The translations under genes were made by a program, and so were the position numbers. Source: an uncultured Nitrososphaerales archaeon (lineage in GTDB: Archaea > Thermoproteota > Nitrososphaeria > Nitrososphaerales > Nitrososphaeraceae). From it: a stretch of DNA of 64,000 nucleotides. Positions 24,076-35,223 of the stretch are shown here, one piece after another; within the stretch, counting starts at the first letter, position 1, and every line of letters begins with the position of its first letter. The notes below the pieces were generated by a model. The model was not told where the DNA came from. It saw nothing but the letters and a program-made list of their open reading frames with translations, and did not search any database. The stretch spans positions 288,001 through 352,000 of the forward strand of contig CAVQMO010000012.1 of NCBI GenBank assembly GCA_963713605.1, given 5' to 3'.

Positions 24076-25611
24076 ATGAATTTTCCAGAGCTGGAAAAAA
24101 AAGAAGTGAACACCTCCTAGGAGGTGGCGCCACGAAGCAACAGGAACACAAAAAGAAAGGAAAGCTTACCGCATTTGACAGAATTAAGTTAATTTTTGAT
24201 TCGGAAACCTTCACAGAGATTCGATCCATTCGTAACACATGAATGCCATAACTTTGAGATGCAGGATAAAAAATTTCTAGGGGATGGTGTAGTAACAGGT
24301 TATGGAACTATTGACAACCGCCTAACTTATGTTTTTTCACATGACTTCACCGTGTTAGGAGGCTCTCTAAGTATGGCATTTGCTTCGAAAGTTTGCAAAG
24401 TAATGGATCTTGCATTAAAACAAGGGGTGCCAGTAGTAGGAATCAATGATTCGGGAGGGGCGCGTATACAGGAAGGAGTGGATAGCCTAGCAGGTTATGC
24501 TGAGATCTTTCATAGAAACGTAAAAGCTTCCGGTGTAATTCCTCAGATATCTCTCGTAATGGGTCCTTGTGCTGGTGGTGCAGTATACTCCCCTGCTCTA
24601 ACTGATTTTGTTATTATGACTAGATCTGCATACATGTTCATCACAGGACCAGAAGTAGTAAAGGAGGTAACTGAAGAGAATGTTACTTTTGAGGACCTAG
24701 GAGGAGCAGAAATTCATAATAAGAAAAGTGGTGTGGCACATTTCATTGCCGACGACGAACAAGAATGTTTTGCAATCCTCCGTAACTTGCTCTCTTTCAT
24801 TCCTTCTAATAATTTGGAAAATCCCCCGCGCACAGTGACAAAGGATGATCCAAAGAGAGAAGACGAATCTCTTAACTCGTTCTTACCATCTAACTCCAAT
24901 AGGCCATATAATATGGAAACTGTCATCAAGAAAATTATTGATGATACCAATTTTCTAGAAGTTCAGAAATACTGGGCAAGCAATATCATTGTGGGCTTTG
25001 CAAGGCTCGATGGCAATTCAGTAGGCATAGTGGCAAACAATCCAGAATATTTAGCTGGAGTTCTTGATATAGACGCATGTGACAAAGCGTGTCGTTTCGT
25101 GAGATTTTGCGACTGTTTCAATATTCCTCTAGTCGCCTTAGTCGATGTACCTGGCTTCCTTCCAGGAACAAATCAAGAGTGGGGAGGGATAATTAGACAT
25201 GGAGCAAAGTTGCTTTATGCTTTCTCTGAAGCAACTGTTCCAAAGCTTACTGTAATAACCAGGAAAGCCTATGGTGGCGCTTATGATGTGATGAACAGCA
25301 AACATCTTGGGGCCGACTACAACTTTGCTTGGCCTAATGCCGAGATCGCAGTGATGGGCCCAGAAGGAGCGTGTAGTATTATATTCAAACAGCTGATAAT
25401 GAAATCAGACGATCGTCAAAAGAAAAGGGCAGAATTAGCAGAGCAATATAGACTAAAGTTTGCCAATCCGTACATAGCAGCTTCAAAGGGTTATATAGAT
25501 AACGTGATTGAACCTAGGGAAACGAGAACTAAATTAATATCTGCACTCAAGGCAATTATCAGAAAGCGGGAAGACAGGCCAAGAAGAAAACATGGCAACA
25601 TACCTGTTTGA
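24076..25611 (+). CDS. pccB: Acyl-CoA (propionyl/acetyl-CoA) carboxylase carboxyltransferase subunit (N-terminal frameshifts)
   Basis: GKLTAFDRI, GDGVVTG, DSGGARIQEG, GPCAGGAVYSPA, DVPGFLPG, RKAYGGAY, KHGNIP. Confidence 0.92.
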
Positions 25612-25838
25612 CTATCAGATAAGATCAAATCTAAAGTCTAAAATCTAAGGTATAAAATAACTAAGACCATTACAAATGATATTGCAAATAACTAAGTCCA
25701 AATATCGTTACTAAAATGATCTAGTCTCAGTCGGGAACAACAGTCATAGTTCGTCAAACATATATTATTTTTCTGCTGGTTTAGCTAAGGCTGATAAGAG
25801 ACATAAGGTTCCTCTAAAGAGCAAGGTATTACATATAT

Positions 25839-26285
25839 CTAATTTTTGACTGTGTCAAAAGTTACCAGAACGTCTCCTGTCTTTACCGATTGTCCTTTTG
25901 AAACGTTGATATCCTTTATCCATTTGCTAGCCGGCGATTTAATCTCATTCTCCATTTTCATTGCTTCAAGGACAATCATTACTTGTCCTACTTTGACTTT
26001 ACTTCCTTTGTTCACCAAGACATCGATTACTCGACCGCTGATCGGAGCTCTTACTTCAGAGGATATTTTTTCAGTAAGAGAATTTTTTGAGACGAGATAA
26101 GCCATACCATTTATAATCATTAGAGAAGGGTCTCCTTCTTCCTCAAAATCCAAATGAAATTCTGTTCCATCTATGGTAATACAATCGTCGCGAGATTTTA
26201 CAACTATTTCTCTTCCATTTACTCGTATATTCTCATTGCCTCCAATTTCAACGTCATATAGATTATTATTTACTTTAATTTTCAA
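25839..26285 (-). CDS. accB: Biotin carboxyl carrier protein
   Basis: LEAMKMENEI biotinylation motif. Confidence 0.95.
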   Translation of the reverse strand: MKIKVNNNLYDVEIGGNENIRVNGREIVVKSRDDCITIDGTEFHLDFEEEGDPSLMIINGMAYLVSKNSLTEKISSEVRAPISGRVIDVLVNKGSKVKVGQVMIVLEAMKMENEIKSPASKWIKDINVSKGQSVKTGDVLVTFDTVKN

Positions 26286-27803
26286 CTAGGTATTCCACCC
26301 AAACGATGACGATTCTGAAAACCGACGATGTACATCGTAAGGATCTGCCCAATCGAATCTGCTGGCATTCCATGCATCATCATAGGTCCCCAGCTCTTCA
26401 TTCAAGTATTGCATCATAGGTCTGGCTCTTTTTGGTATTGCAGATAGAATGGCTGCTGCTAATTCTCCATCCTTTGAAGAGAAAGGTTTGACATTTTCAA
26501 TAAATGACGTATCATATGTTCCATTTACAAATCTACTATCTCTTAGTGCCGAGGAGTGAAATGGTATAGAGGTTGGAATTCCAGAAATCCTCAGTGTAGA
26601 AAGTGAACGAATCATTTTGTTTATCGCGTCCATTCTATTATTTCCATGACATATGAGCTTTGCAATAAGAGAGTCATAAAATTGTGGGATTGAATAGCCT
26701 GAGTATAATGCAGTGTCTAACCTAATCCCTTCACCTACTGGAATCTCAAATTCCTTAACTTTGCCTGCTACAGGAGCAAAACTCATAGGATGCTCTGCAT
26801 TAATTCTACATTCTATTGCATGTCCTATTGAATTTACGGCTTCCTGTCTTACAGATAATCCATATCCTAGGGCCGCACGAAGTTGCTGTTCCACTATATC
26901 AACTCCAGTAACAGCTTCAGTTACAGGATGCTCAACTTGTATCCTCGCATTGATTTCCATGAAAAAGAACTTATCGCCCTTAAGTAGAAATTCGACAGTT
27001 CCTGTGTTATCGTAATTAATTTCTTTCATTATTGAAACAGCCTTGCATAAAATATCTTGCCTCATTTCATTTGTCAAGGCAAATGAGGGAGTCTCTTCGA
27101 TTAGCTTTTGATGACGTCTCTGGACTGAACATTCTCTTTCACCTAATTGAACCACATCGGAGCTGTCTGCAACAATTTGAACTTCTATATGTTTGGGATT
27201 TTCCAAATATTGTTCAATATATACTCTCCTTGAGCCAAAGCTCATCATAGATTCAGTCTGAGCTGATACAAATCTCTCATGGATTTCTTTCTTTGACCTC
27301 AAAATTCTTAAACCTCTTCCTCCGCCCCCCTCAACAGCTTTGAGGATTACGGGAAACCCAATCTTATCCACCAGTGATAAAGCCTCGTCTTCAGAGGAAA
27401 CCTCATCTCCTTCGACTACGGAAGCTACTTTTGAAGCCGCTCTCCTGGCTTTCACCTTATCGCCCGAAATAGCCATGACCTCAGTGGAGGGTCCCACAAA
27501 AATAATCCCTTCTTTTTTGCATCGCTCTGCAAATTTTGGACTTTCAGACAGAAAACCATAACCAGGATGGATCATATCACAACTAAGTTTGTTGGCCGCT
27601 TCGATAACTTTGTCTATCACAAGATAGCTTTCTATCGGCAATAATCCCCCTATGTTGACGGCTCCTTCGCAATACTTTATGTGCAGAGATTCTTTATCGG
27701 CTTCGGAGTAGATGCCACACGGTATCATGCCAGCTTTCTTGCAAGCCTTAGCAATTCTTATTGCTATTTCTCCGCGGTTAGCTATTAGTACCTTAGTATT
27801 CAT
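26286..27803 (-). CDS. accC: Biotin carboxylase subunit
   Basis: KVLIANRGEIA, HPGYGFLSE, GGGGRG, ERECSVQRRHQK, EINARIQVEHPVTE, YDSLIAK. Confidence 0.96.
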   Translation of the reverse strand: MNTKVLIANRGEIAIRIAKACKKAGMIPCGIYSEADKESLHIKYCEGAVNIGGLLPIESYLVIDKVIEAANKLSCDMIHPGYGFLSESPKFAERCKKEGIIFVGPSTEVMAISGDKVKARRAASKVASVVEGDEVSSEDEALSLVDKIGFPVILKAVEGGGGRGLRILRSKKEIHERFVSAQTESMMSFGSRRVYIEQYLENPKHIEVQIVADSSDVVQLGERECSVQRRHQKLIEETPSFALTNEMRQDILCKAVSIMKEINYDNTGTVEFLLKGDKFFFMEINARIQVEHPVTEAVTGVDIVEQQLRAALGYGLSVRQEAVNSIGHAIECRINAEHPMSFAPVAGKVKEFEIPVGEGIRLDTALYSGYSIPQFYDSLIAKLICHGNNRMDAINKMIRSLSTLRISGIPTSIPFHSSALRDSRFVNGTYDTSFIENVKPFSSKDGELAAAILSAIPKRARPMMQYLNEELGTYDDAWNASRFDWADPYDVHRRFSESSSFGWNT

Positions 27804-27910
27804 GATCCAAATCTAAAAATAGTAGCAGCTCGAATTCTTGGACTAGGTATCTAATCCGAAGCCTTGTCTATACTGATTTAAGGTACTATCAAATTGCATA
27901 CCGGGTATCC

Positions 27911-28373
27911 TCATATATAATATTCTAACATCCTGTCGATTTCATCCTTACCTACTTCGTCATTTGGAAATTCTTCATATCTTGCAAAATCAAGGGGAGT
28001 AATTATGCCAACAAGGTTATTCGAATCTGATTTATCACTATTATTGCTATTATCAATGACGAGTAAATGTCTTACATTATGCTGTAACATCATATCAGCA
28101 GCTACAGCTGGGGTAGAGGTTGAATCAATTGCGATGAGTGGTACTGACATTATCTGCTTATTTGTTACTGTACTCGTAAGGGTATCACTAGTGCATACTT
28201 TAGTAACTATATCTCGCTCGGTGACTAAACCTTGAGGTTTACCTTCACTGTCGACTACTATCAACGAGCTGACATCTCTATCCTTCAATTTCTTTGGCAG
28301 CATCTTGCACAGAAGCTGAATCCTCTATAGTCTCTAGCCTTTTTCTCATAATGTCCTTCACAACCGTGGTCAT
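27911..28373 (-). CDS. CBS-domain protein (one frameshift)
   Basis: MTTVVKDIMRK..SVQDAAK / VSSLIV..GLVTERD..VRHLLV..GIITPLD. Confidence 0.88.
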
Positions 28374-28791
28374 CGATAGGAATATTATCTTTATCAAACT
28401 CTTAAACATATTGAATAAAAAATCCAATGAGATACATTAAGTTGCTCTGTTTACCGATCACTAATATATACAAGAGCATATCCTACATGGGAGGCTCACT
28501 ATTGCGGTATGAGGCTTAGGCCACAAATTTTGATAAGATTAGAGATAATGATGTTACATTGCTATCTATCTTCTTCGATAATCTGTTGACTGATATACGT
28601 TCGAAGTACATGATTAGTAACTAAACCTTTTGGCTATAGTTGTTCTGCGTTCATGGTAGATTAAGCAGATGATGTGGATGTCAAGAAATTTCTCCGATTA
28701 GATGATGGAATATTCTTGCCTTATATTGACGAACATCTGTAATAGGCATATTGTAAGCTTGACTGAACCACACGGAGAAAAAATAGTAAAC

Positions 28792-29506
28792 ATGGGAGTC
28801 GTACAAATGCGAGTAACAACGGAGTTAGAAACTAATGTTAGAACCATAATTTCGTATGTAAGGAATGCATCACAAAGAAGAATAAGCCTACTTTGTTTTC
28901 CTGAATGTTGCCTTTCGGGTTATATAGTTAACCTTGCCAAGCTCGACTATAAGACTATTGCTCAATCTCTTATTGAGCTGCAGGAAGTATCTAACAGGTT
29001 CAATGTATCTCTGCTGATAGGTACACCATGGAAATCACAAGGTAAAATTTTTAATGCCGCTTTCATTATTAAACCTGAATCCGGAATCATTACAAAGTAC
29101 TACAAGAACGATTTGACTGATTATGACATAAGGTTTTTTTCGAAAGGAACTTCCTCTAAAAGCCCGATTTGGATTCACCAAGGCGTAAAATGTGGTGTCC
29201 TTATCTGCAGAGATCAGAACAATCCTTTACTAGCGCTTCGATACAAGAGAAATAACGTGAAAGTATTATTTTATCTTTCATCTCATCATTACAGCAAACG
29301 AGATGCCTTATATAAGGAAAGGAGAAATCGATCGTTTCCAATAGTTAGGGGCAGCGGAGAATATGATGTATGTAGTTAAATCAGATGCTGTTGGAGAACA
29401 AAATGGCCTAATTAGTATGGGCAGTAGCATAATAGTCAACCCTCAAGGCAGAGTAATAGCAGAAGCCGCAAATGGGCGTGAAGAATTACTAAAATTTAGT
29501 CTCTGA
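28792..29506 (+). CDS. Carbon-nitrogen hydrolase (nitrilase superfamily), frameshift at GGGG ~29348
   Basis: Triad FPEC / YYK / LICRD; continuation RAAENMMYVV..GSSIIVNPQGRVIAEA. Confidence 0.88.
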
Positions 29507-29670
29507 CATCGAGTTAGTTATCATATTTAATCCATCATACCAGTCCATCCATTCCAAACCAAACAAATATTATTAATAACGTCTATTTCGTAAAGTACTT
29601 CTGGCTAGTCAGTAGTGAGCAGACCAATGTATACAAGTAGGATTAGTGAGGTGAGGACTCGCCGATTGAT

Positions 29671-29690
29671 TGCATTGCAATGCAATGCAA
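29671..29690. promoter_or_regulatory. (TGCAN)4 array upstream of the cupredoxin promoter
   Basis: TGCAT TGCAA TGCAA TGCAA; TATA ttttataa at 29719-29726; ATG at 29750. Confidence 0.55.
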
Positions 29691-29749
29691 GTAGTAATAA
29701 TTACGTGTATTCTAGCTCTTTTATAATAGACATATCTATAAAAAGTCTA

Positions 29750-30073
29750 ATGCATAAAAGACTAGTGCACAAGAACCAAATACTCGCTATCGCAGTAGAA
29801 TCATTAATTTCTACAATGCTACTTTCCGTAGGGTTTGGAGCAACAGTGAATGTCACTGCACAACCTGGAAGCATGGCTACATTGCAGAACATACCTGCCA
29901 CTTATGCAGTAAGGATCGTGCCAGGTGGAGCTCAAAGAGAAAGTCCATATCATTATTTTCCTCCATCTATTGCTGTCCCGATACATTCTACAATTGCATG
30001 GTTCAATAATGATTTCGGCCAGCCACACACGGTCGGCTATTACTATGTTATAATGGGAGTAACTGCTTTCTGA
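29750..30073 (+). pseudogene. Truncated cupredoxin-domain protein
   Basis: Signal peptide, then YFPPSIAVP..STIAWFNNDFGQPHTV, then similarity ends. Confidence 0.6.
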
Positions 30074-30252
30074 ACACATTGAACAGCAATATCGTAAGCG
30101 ATTTCATTCGTGAAAAAACGATATTCTCAAAGATCCAATGATCCGAATCTTCAAAGATCCGATGAAGAGCATCTGCCTTTCTAATTGATGAAATTGTAAT
30201 GCAGTGAGCTCCAATACAAATATTATTATTACATGTTACAAATCATTTGGAT

Positions 30253-31724
30253 ATGGATAAACGGAATAAAGGTAAAATATTATCTCTAATCTTATTAATA
30301 ATTATTATTGTGGGAGCTATACTGATTATCCCTTCGAATAAAATAGCAGCGCCTGCTGCGTATGCATATAAGGATGTAATAAATCATTCTAAAACAAGAG
30401 AAGGGCAGTCCATTTTAAGTTCTGAAATCCAGGATAAAACACCCCATAAAGAATTTACAATGATAGCAGAAGATGCTACAATGGAAATATCTCCTGGTGA
30501 AAGAGTAAAGGTTTGGACTTTTAATGGAACAGGTACCTGGACCTACACTAAGATTTACAGAAGGTGATAACGTTACCATTCATTTTATCAATAAAGCACC
30601 CATGGCACATACATTACATTTACACGGAACCCATGATTCAAAAAACGATGGTGCATTTCCTCTGATATTGCCTAACCAAACTTACAATTATAATTTTATA
30701 GCAGAACCTGCTGGATCATTTTTGTATCATTGTCATGCTCCACCTACATCACTTCATATCAGAATGGGGATGTATGGTTCATTGATTATAGATCCGAAAG
30801 ATCCAAATATATTAAAACCAGCAAGAGAATATGCATTAGTACCTAAGTGAATTCGATCCCAAAGATTTAGATTCATTTATACCGAAATACTATCCTGTAA
30901 ATGGATATGCAGATCAATATATGGAAAATAATTCTTTAGTTGCACGACAAAATGAGCTTGTTAGGTTCTATGTATCTAATCTAGGTACTACGATACCATT
31001 CCCCTTCCATTTACATAGTACTATATTTAAGGTATATCAGTCTGGGCTACTATCAAATGATCCTATCGATGTTCAGACTATATCTATAAGTCCAGGTGAT
31101 GCTATTATAGTGGAAGCAATATGGAAGTATCCAGGAACCTATTTTGTTCATAGCCATGGAATCCAAGAAGAAAGAGGAAATATGGGGGAAATAGATATCA
31201 TTCCTGAAAGCGAGAATGCTATCTCGTATACTACAGCAGGAACAACAACAACAAATTCTTCTTCAATTGAGCCAGTTACAAATAAGAGTATATCAATGAT
31301 CGACTGGCAATATCAAATGCAAAAGAAATTACAAAAACCACTTATTTCTTCTCCTCATGGTATGGAAGAGGCAGAACAGGCAGCTACTCCAGAAGCAGAA
31401 GCAGTTGACGGTGGAGCCGAAGCTGCCGGTGCAACACTTACCATTCCAGAAGGAGCATCAGTGCAAGGAAATCCATCATATGATCCAGATCCATTAACCG
31501 TCTCTGCAGGAAACGTCGTGAAGGTATCAAATCAAGATACTGTTCCTCATACCGTCACAAGTGGTTCTGGACCAGAAGATCCTGACTCAGGTAGTCAGTT
31601 CGACACAAGCATTATAGATGCACGGGCTACTGCACAAGTAGACACGGCCAATCTTGCAGCTGGAGACTATTCGTACTATTGTTCGGTACACCCGTATATG
31701 GTAGGAACTATGAAAGTATCTTGA
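30253..31724 (+). CDS. Two-domain multicopper oxidase with a C-terminal plastocyanin-like domain (two frameshifts)
   Basis: WTFNG/PGPTLR, HTLHLHG, YHCHAPPTSLHIRMGMYG, FHLHS, VHSHG; C-terminal PHTVTSG...YYCSVHPYM. Confidence 0.9.
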
Positions 31725-32048
31725 AAATATGAGTTTTCTTTCTTTTGGCACTCTTGCCTGTTTACCTTGATTTTCTTTGGCGGATACGTTTGTGCTTCTG
31801 GCGTCGTGAGTGCTGGTGAAAGTTCGAAACCGCAAGAGTTAGCTGATGTTGCTAAAGGCGATCAGGTCCCGTATTATTGTCGAATTCATCCTTAGGATTT
31901 ATCCCTCTGCAAATGCTATTCGTGTAGTCTAAAGAGATCATCTACATCAAATGGTATGTCTTTTCTGCTAGTATTTCTTTCAAAAGGACATTGAAATCTA
32001 TTTACAACCTGACACGGATACTGTATCATACGTCCAAATGGCGGGCTA

Positions 32049-32312
32049 TTGATTCGGCTATGTTTCTATGACGCCATTTCAGTATTACCTTGCCTTGCAT
32101 ATTGTCCACTACGAAGAATCTCATATGAGGACTTTAGCGATTTTCCTCCAATGCCATCGAATGGCAGCATTTACTTCAGTGAAACTGAAGAAGAACTTTT
32201 AGCCAATGCAAAGAAGTATGGAATAGAAGTATACGGATACACCGAAGAAACATGGAATGAAGAAGTCGCAAAGAATGCGGAACACTTCCGGAAACTAATC
32301 AAGCAGTCATAG
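32049..32312 (+). pseudogene. DUF1059-like small protein, C-terminal part
   Basis: ETEEELLANAKKYGIEVYGY pattern; N-terminus does not fit the family. Confidence 0.45.
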
Positions 32313-32557
32313 AGTGCCAACGCTACTGGATTCCATATTTTTATTTAATTTGATGATTCTAATATCCTAATCTACGATGGCAAATGGTTATAATTTTAAT
32401 CGATTTATATGCTAGTCTATCCATATAGCATACTTAAGAACATACTTCTTGGAATAGCAAACCTATCTGGGGATGGAGTGACGGAGGAGAATGGTCAACA
32501 CAAGCAGCAAAATGCATAAGGCCTTCGAATACAAAGGAATAATGCATACAACTAAGC

Positions 32558-32986
32558 TTGGCCCTGCATAATAAAAAAATTAAGGCAAGAAGAAATCAAG
32601 TTGCTTCACTACTATCAAGGTCATTTAGTGAAACTGAGATAGCGCAACAATTAGGAGTTGACCAGTCTACAATTTCCAGAGATATTAAGGTCTTGAAAGA
32701 ATCAGCTCAACAATTTGTTTATGACTTGGCAAAGTCTGATTTGGCTTACTATTATAAGCAGTCAATCGATGGAATTGAAGAAGCAAAGAAAGAGTCATGG
32801 AAAATATACAATGACCAAACAGTTCCTATAAGAGAGAAGCTATTAGCACTAAAACTTATCATACAATCAGATGAGACTAGGTTTAATCTACTGTCAGAAG
32901 GACCTGGTTTACTGGCTGTCAAATCTTTAGAGGATAGATTAAACAGGATTGAGAGGATGGGGGAGCAAAGACAAATCTCTAGATAA
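32558..32986 (+). CDS. HTH protein, putative terminase-small-subunit-like protein of Nitrososphaerales mobile elements
   Basis: RRNQVASLLSRSFSETEIAQQLGVDQSTISRDIK HTH plus a helical C-terminus. Confidence 0.7.
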   Translation: MALHNKKIKARRNQVASLLSRSFSETEIAQQLGVDQSTISRDIKVLKESAQQFVYDLAKSDLAYYYKQSIDGIEEAKKESWKIYNDQTVPIREKLLALKLIIQSDETRFNLLSEGPGLLAVKSLEDRLNRIERMGEQRQISR

Positions 32987-33431
32987 CTTATTGGATAGGT
33001 TAGATAGGTTGGAAGAGGAAAGAGGAGAAGTAAAGCCTGTTGAGGATAATGATGCCAACGATTGTACATATGCAACTGCAGAAGAACTAGAACAAATGAA
33101 TTCTATGGAGAGGTATGTAGCTTGGTTCAATTGGCACGTAAGAGAAATTATGCCTTTTTACAAAGCTGAAGTTATGCGCCTTCATAGCATAACATCAGAT
33201 GAATATGACAGTCGTACATTAGAAGGCGATCGGTCCATATACCTTTCTCAACCTATTCCAATGTTTGAGCCCACTCGTTACGATGAAAGAGTAGCTCATG
33301 CTTTAGGACTCGATTACCAAGAACTGCAGGACAAATTCAAGCAGGGAGAACTCGAGCATAAAAGAGCAGGCTGTGACAGTACAGGCCGCGACAACTGTTG
33401 GCGTGATGAAGACCCAAACGCCGTGTTTTAG
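32949..33431 (+). CDS. Hypothetical protein overlapping the HTH gene
   Basis: 160-aa acidic ORF, overlap typical of compact viral operons. Confidence 0.6.
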   Translation: MRGWGSKDKSLDNLLDRLDRLEEERGEVKPVEDNDANDCTYATAEELEQMNSMERYVAWFNWHVREIMPFYKAEVMRLHSITSDEYDSRTLEGDRSIYLSQPIPMFEPTRYDERVAHALGLDYQELQDKFKQGELEHKRAGCDSTGRDNCWRDEDPNAVF

Positions 33432-33769
33432 ACCTTCAGGTAAAGCCATTATTGGATCATTGTGGAGTGGAGAGAAAGATCCAACTAAAATAGTTGAAAG
33501 TGGTCCACGTCCTCCAAAGGGAATATCGGGGATTCTCAGACCTGAAGATAGTGATTGTTCAGGAAATAATGTATTTGCATCTTTATGGGAATCTCTGTGT
33601 AGTAGGTAAGGGTATTACAAAGTATGCTGATAACTTTGGTTGGATTTTTCAAAATAAATGGATCTGGATCGCAGTCGTAATTATTCTGTTAATATTAGTA
33701 TTCAAGAAGGTATTCTAGATATTGCAATAGTATAGGCATCTATAAATATTAGCCTTAGAACGTCTATCT

Positions 33770-34417
33770 ATGAAGTTCTTTTTCTTTTTACTATTATTCT
33801 TACTCAGTCCTCCTCTGTTGACTTATGCTTCAACCGATAGCACAACACAACCTAGACCAGGTACGCTTATGATCATAACATTTGAGAACGGAACAACCAA
33901 GGTGCTAAGGTCTAGTAGCACTAACGTTCTACCCGTCACAGGAGGATACTTTATTGTTGATCCTAGCGTCATTCCAAGTCAGCCGTTACCTGCTAAGACC
34001 GTTTCTCAGAATGCAGAAAATCAATTATATACTGCGATTGCGATAGTTTACCAAATTATAATTGGTATTGAGAAAGGACCACCAGTAGAGCCAGTTATTC
34101 CCCCTCCTCCTCTCCCTCCTGATGAATGTGGCGAAGGAGAAATATTACAAAATAGTCAATGTGTCCCAGGGATTCAACCGTGTGGTCCAGAGTGGGCTAA
34201 TCCGTGTCCAGGTCAACCACCAGTAAAACCAGAACCACCAACAGAAGAGCCACAGCCACAACCTGAACCTGAACCACAGTCACAACCTGAACCTGAACCA
34301 CAGTCACAACCTGAACCTGAACCTGAACCTGAACCTGAACCTGAACCTGAACCTGGAAATGGGGATGAAGATGGCGGAGACGGTGGTGGCGGAGACGGTG
34401 GTGGCGGAGAAAATTAA
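33770..34417 (+). CDS. Secreted Pro/Glu-rich protein
   Basis: Signal peptide, Cys cluster, (PE)n tract, Gly/Asp tail; TATA tataaata upstream and poly-T downstream. Confidence 0.75.
   Translation: MKFFFFLLLFLLSPPLLTYASTDSTTQPRPGTLMIITFENGTTKVLRSSSTNVLPVTGGYFIVDPSVIPSQPLPAKTVSQNAENQLYTAIAIVYQIIIGIEKGPPVEPVIPPPPLPPDECGEGEILQNSQCVPGIQPCGPEWANPCPGQPPVKPEPPTEEPQPQPEPEPQSQPEPEPQSQPEPEPEPEPEPEPEPGNGDEDGGDGGGGDGGGGEN
34250..34410 (+). repeat. Tandem (gaacct)n, 24-bp and 18-bp repeats
   Basis: cagtcacaacctgaacctgaacca x2, gaacct run, ggcggagacggtggt x2. Confidence 0.9.
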
Positions 34418-34538
34418 AGAAGGACAAAAAGAGTCTCCTTTTTTTATTTAGCTCTGACTTTTCTAAGAAAAATCCCTTGAAACACCAAAGTTGTTAGCCC
34501 AACAGATCGAAGCCAATATCAACAAGAATCACTGCTTG

Positions 34539-34736
34539 TTAGAAATCACAAGACATGGGATAGGACCTAATACCAGGTATACTGTAATCGCAGCATAAGT
34601 CCACACATTTTGGCCAAGCATTATGCAAGGCTTTGATAAAACTGTTAAAAATCTCTGAAGGTGTTTTATTTGATTCTTTGCAAATCTCTTCAAATGTATC
34701 GCTGCTTTCTACATCTAAATCTATCTCTATTTTCAT
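34539..34736 (-). CDS. Small ribbon-helix-helix-like hypothetical protein
   Basis: MKIEIDLD..FEEICKESNKTPSEIFNSFI; abuts the methylase remnant. Confidence 0.35.
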   Translation of the reverse strand: MKIEIDLDVESSDTFEEICKESNKTPSEIFNSFIKALHNAWPKCVDLCCDYSIPGIRSYPMSCDF

Positions 34737-34738
34737 TT

Positions 34739-35125
34739 CTAATTTTGCTCTATTTTAGACTGTTCTATAGTTGAGAGATAGATATCATCTGACTTTCCAT
34801 TTTCTCGTAGGGTATTCCTAGATTTCTGAATATTTATCCTTAAAGAGATCAAAGCTTTAGGGTCTATATCAATCCCAATTAGCTTTCGATTTAGATTTAT
34901 TGCAGCTATAGCAGTACTACCTGCCCCGACGAAAGGATCCAGGACCTTTTGATTCTCAACTGTTAAGATTCTGAAGATATGTTCGGCTTCGACAGTACTC
35001 TCTTCCCAATCATGAAGCATCTTCTCTGGTCTATTGGAATTAATTAGATCTGACATGAAGTTGGGAAGTGCTAATCTTTGTCCTTTCACAAACCATGAAA
35101 GGGGTTTCCATTTAATTGAGATTGT
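34739..35125 (-). pseudogene. C-terminal remnant of an N4/N6 DNA methyltransferase
   Basis: WKPLSWFVKG..HDWEES..VLDPFVGAGSTAIAAINLNRKLIGIDID; N-terminal catalytic DPPY part absent. Confidence 0.75.
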
Positions 35126-35223
35126 GTCTCTGGTATCTGCCTAGCAAACGAACCTTCCAATTTTGTAATACTGTATATCGAATAACTTCATCTTCCGAAG
35201 GATCTTAAATGTTGTTTTTATTT

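Noticed and set aside
30253..31200. Copper nitrite reductase nirK
   Set aside because: Four HxH motifs point to a trinuclear-cluster two-domain MCO, not the NirK type 2 site.
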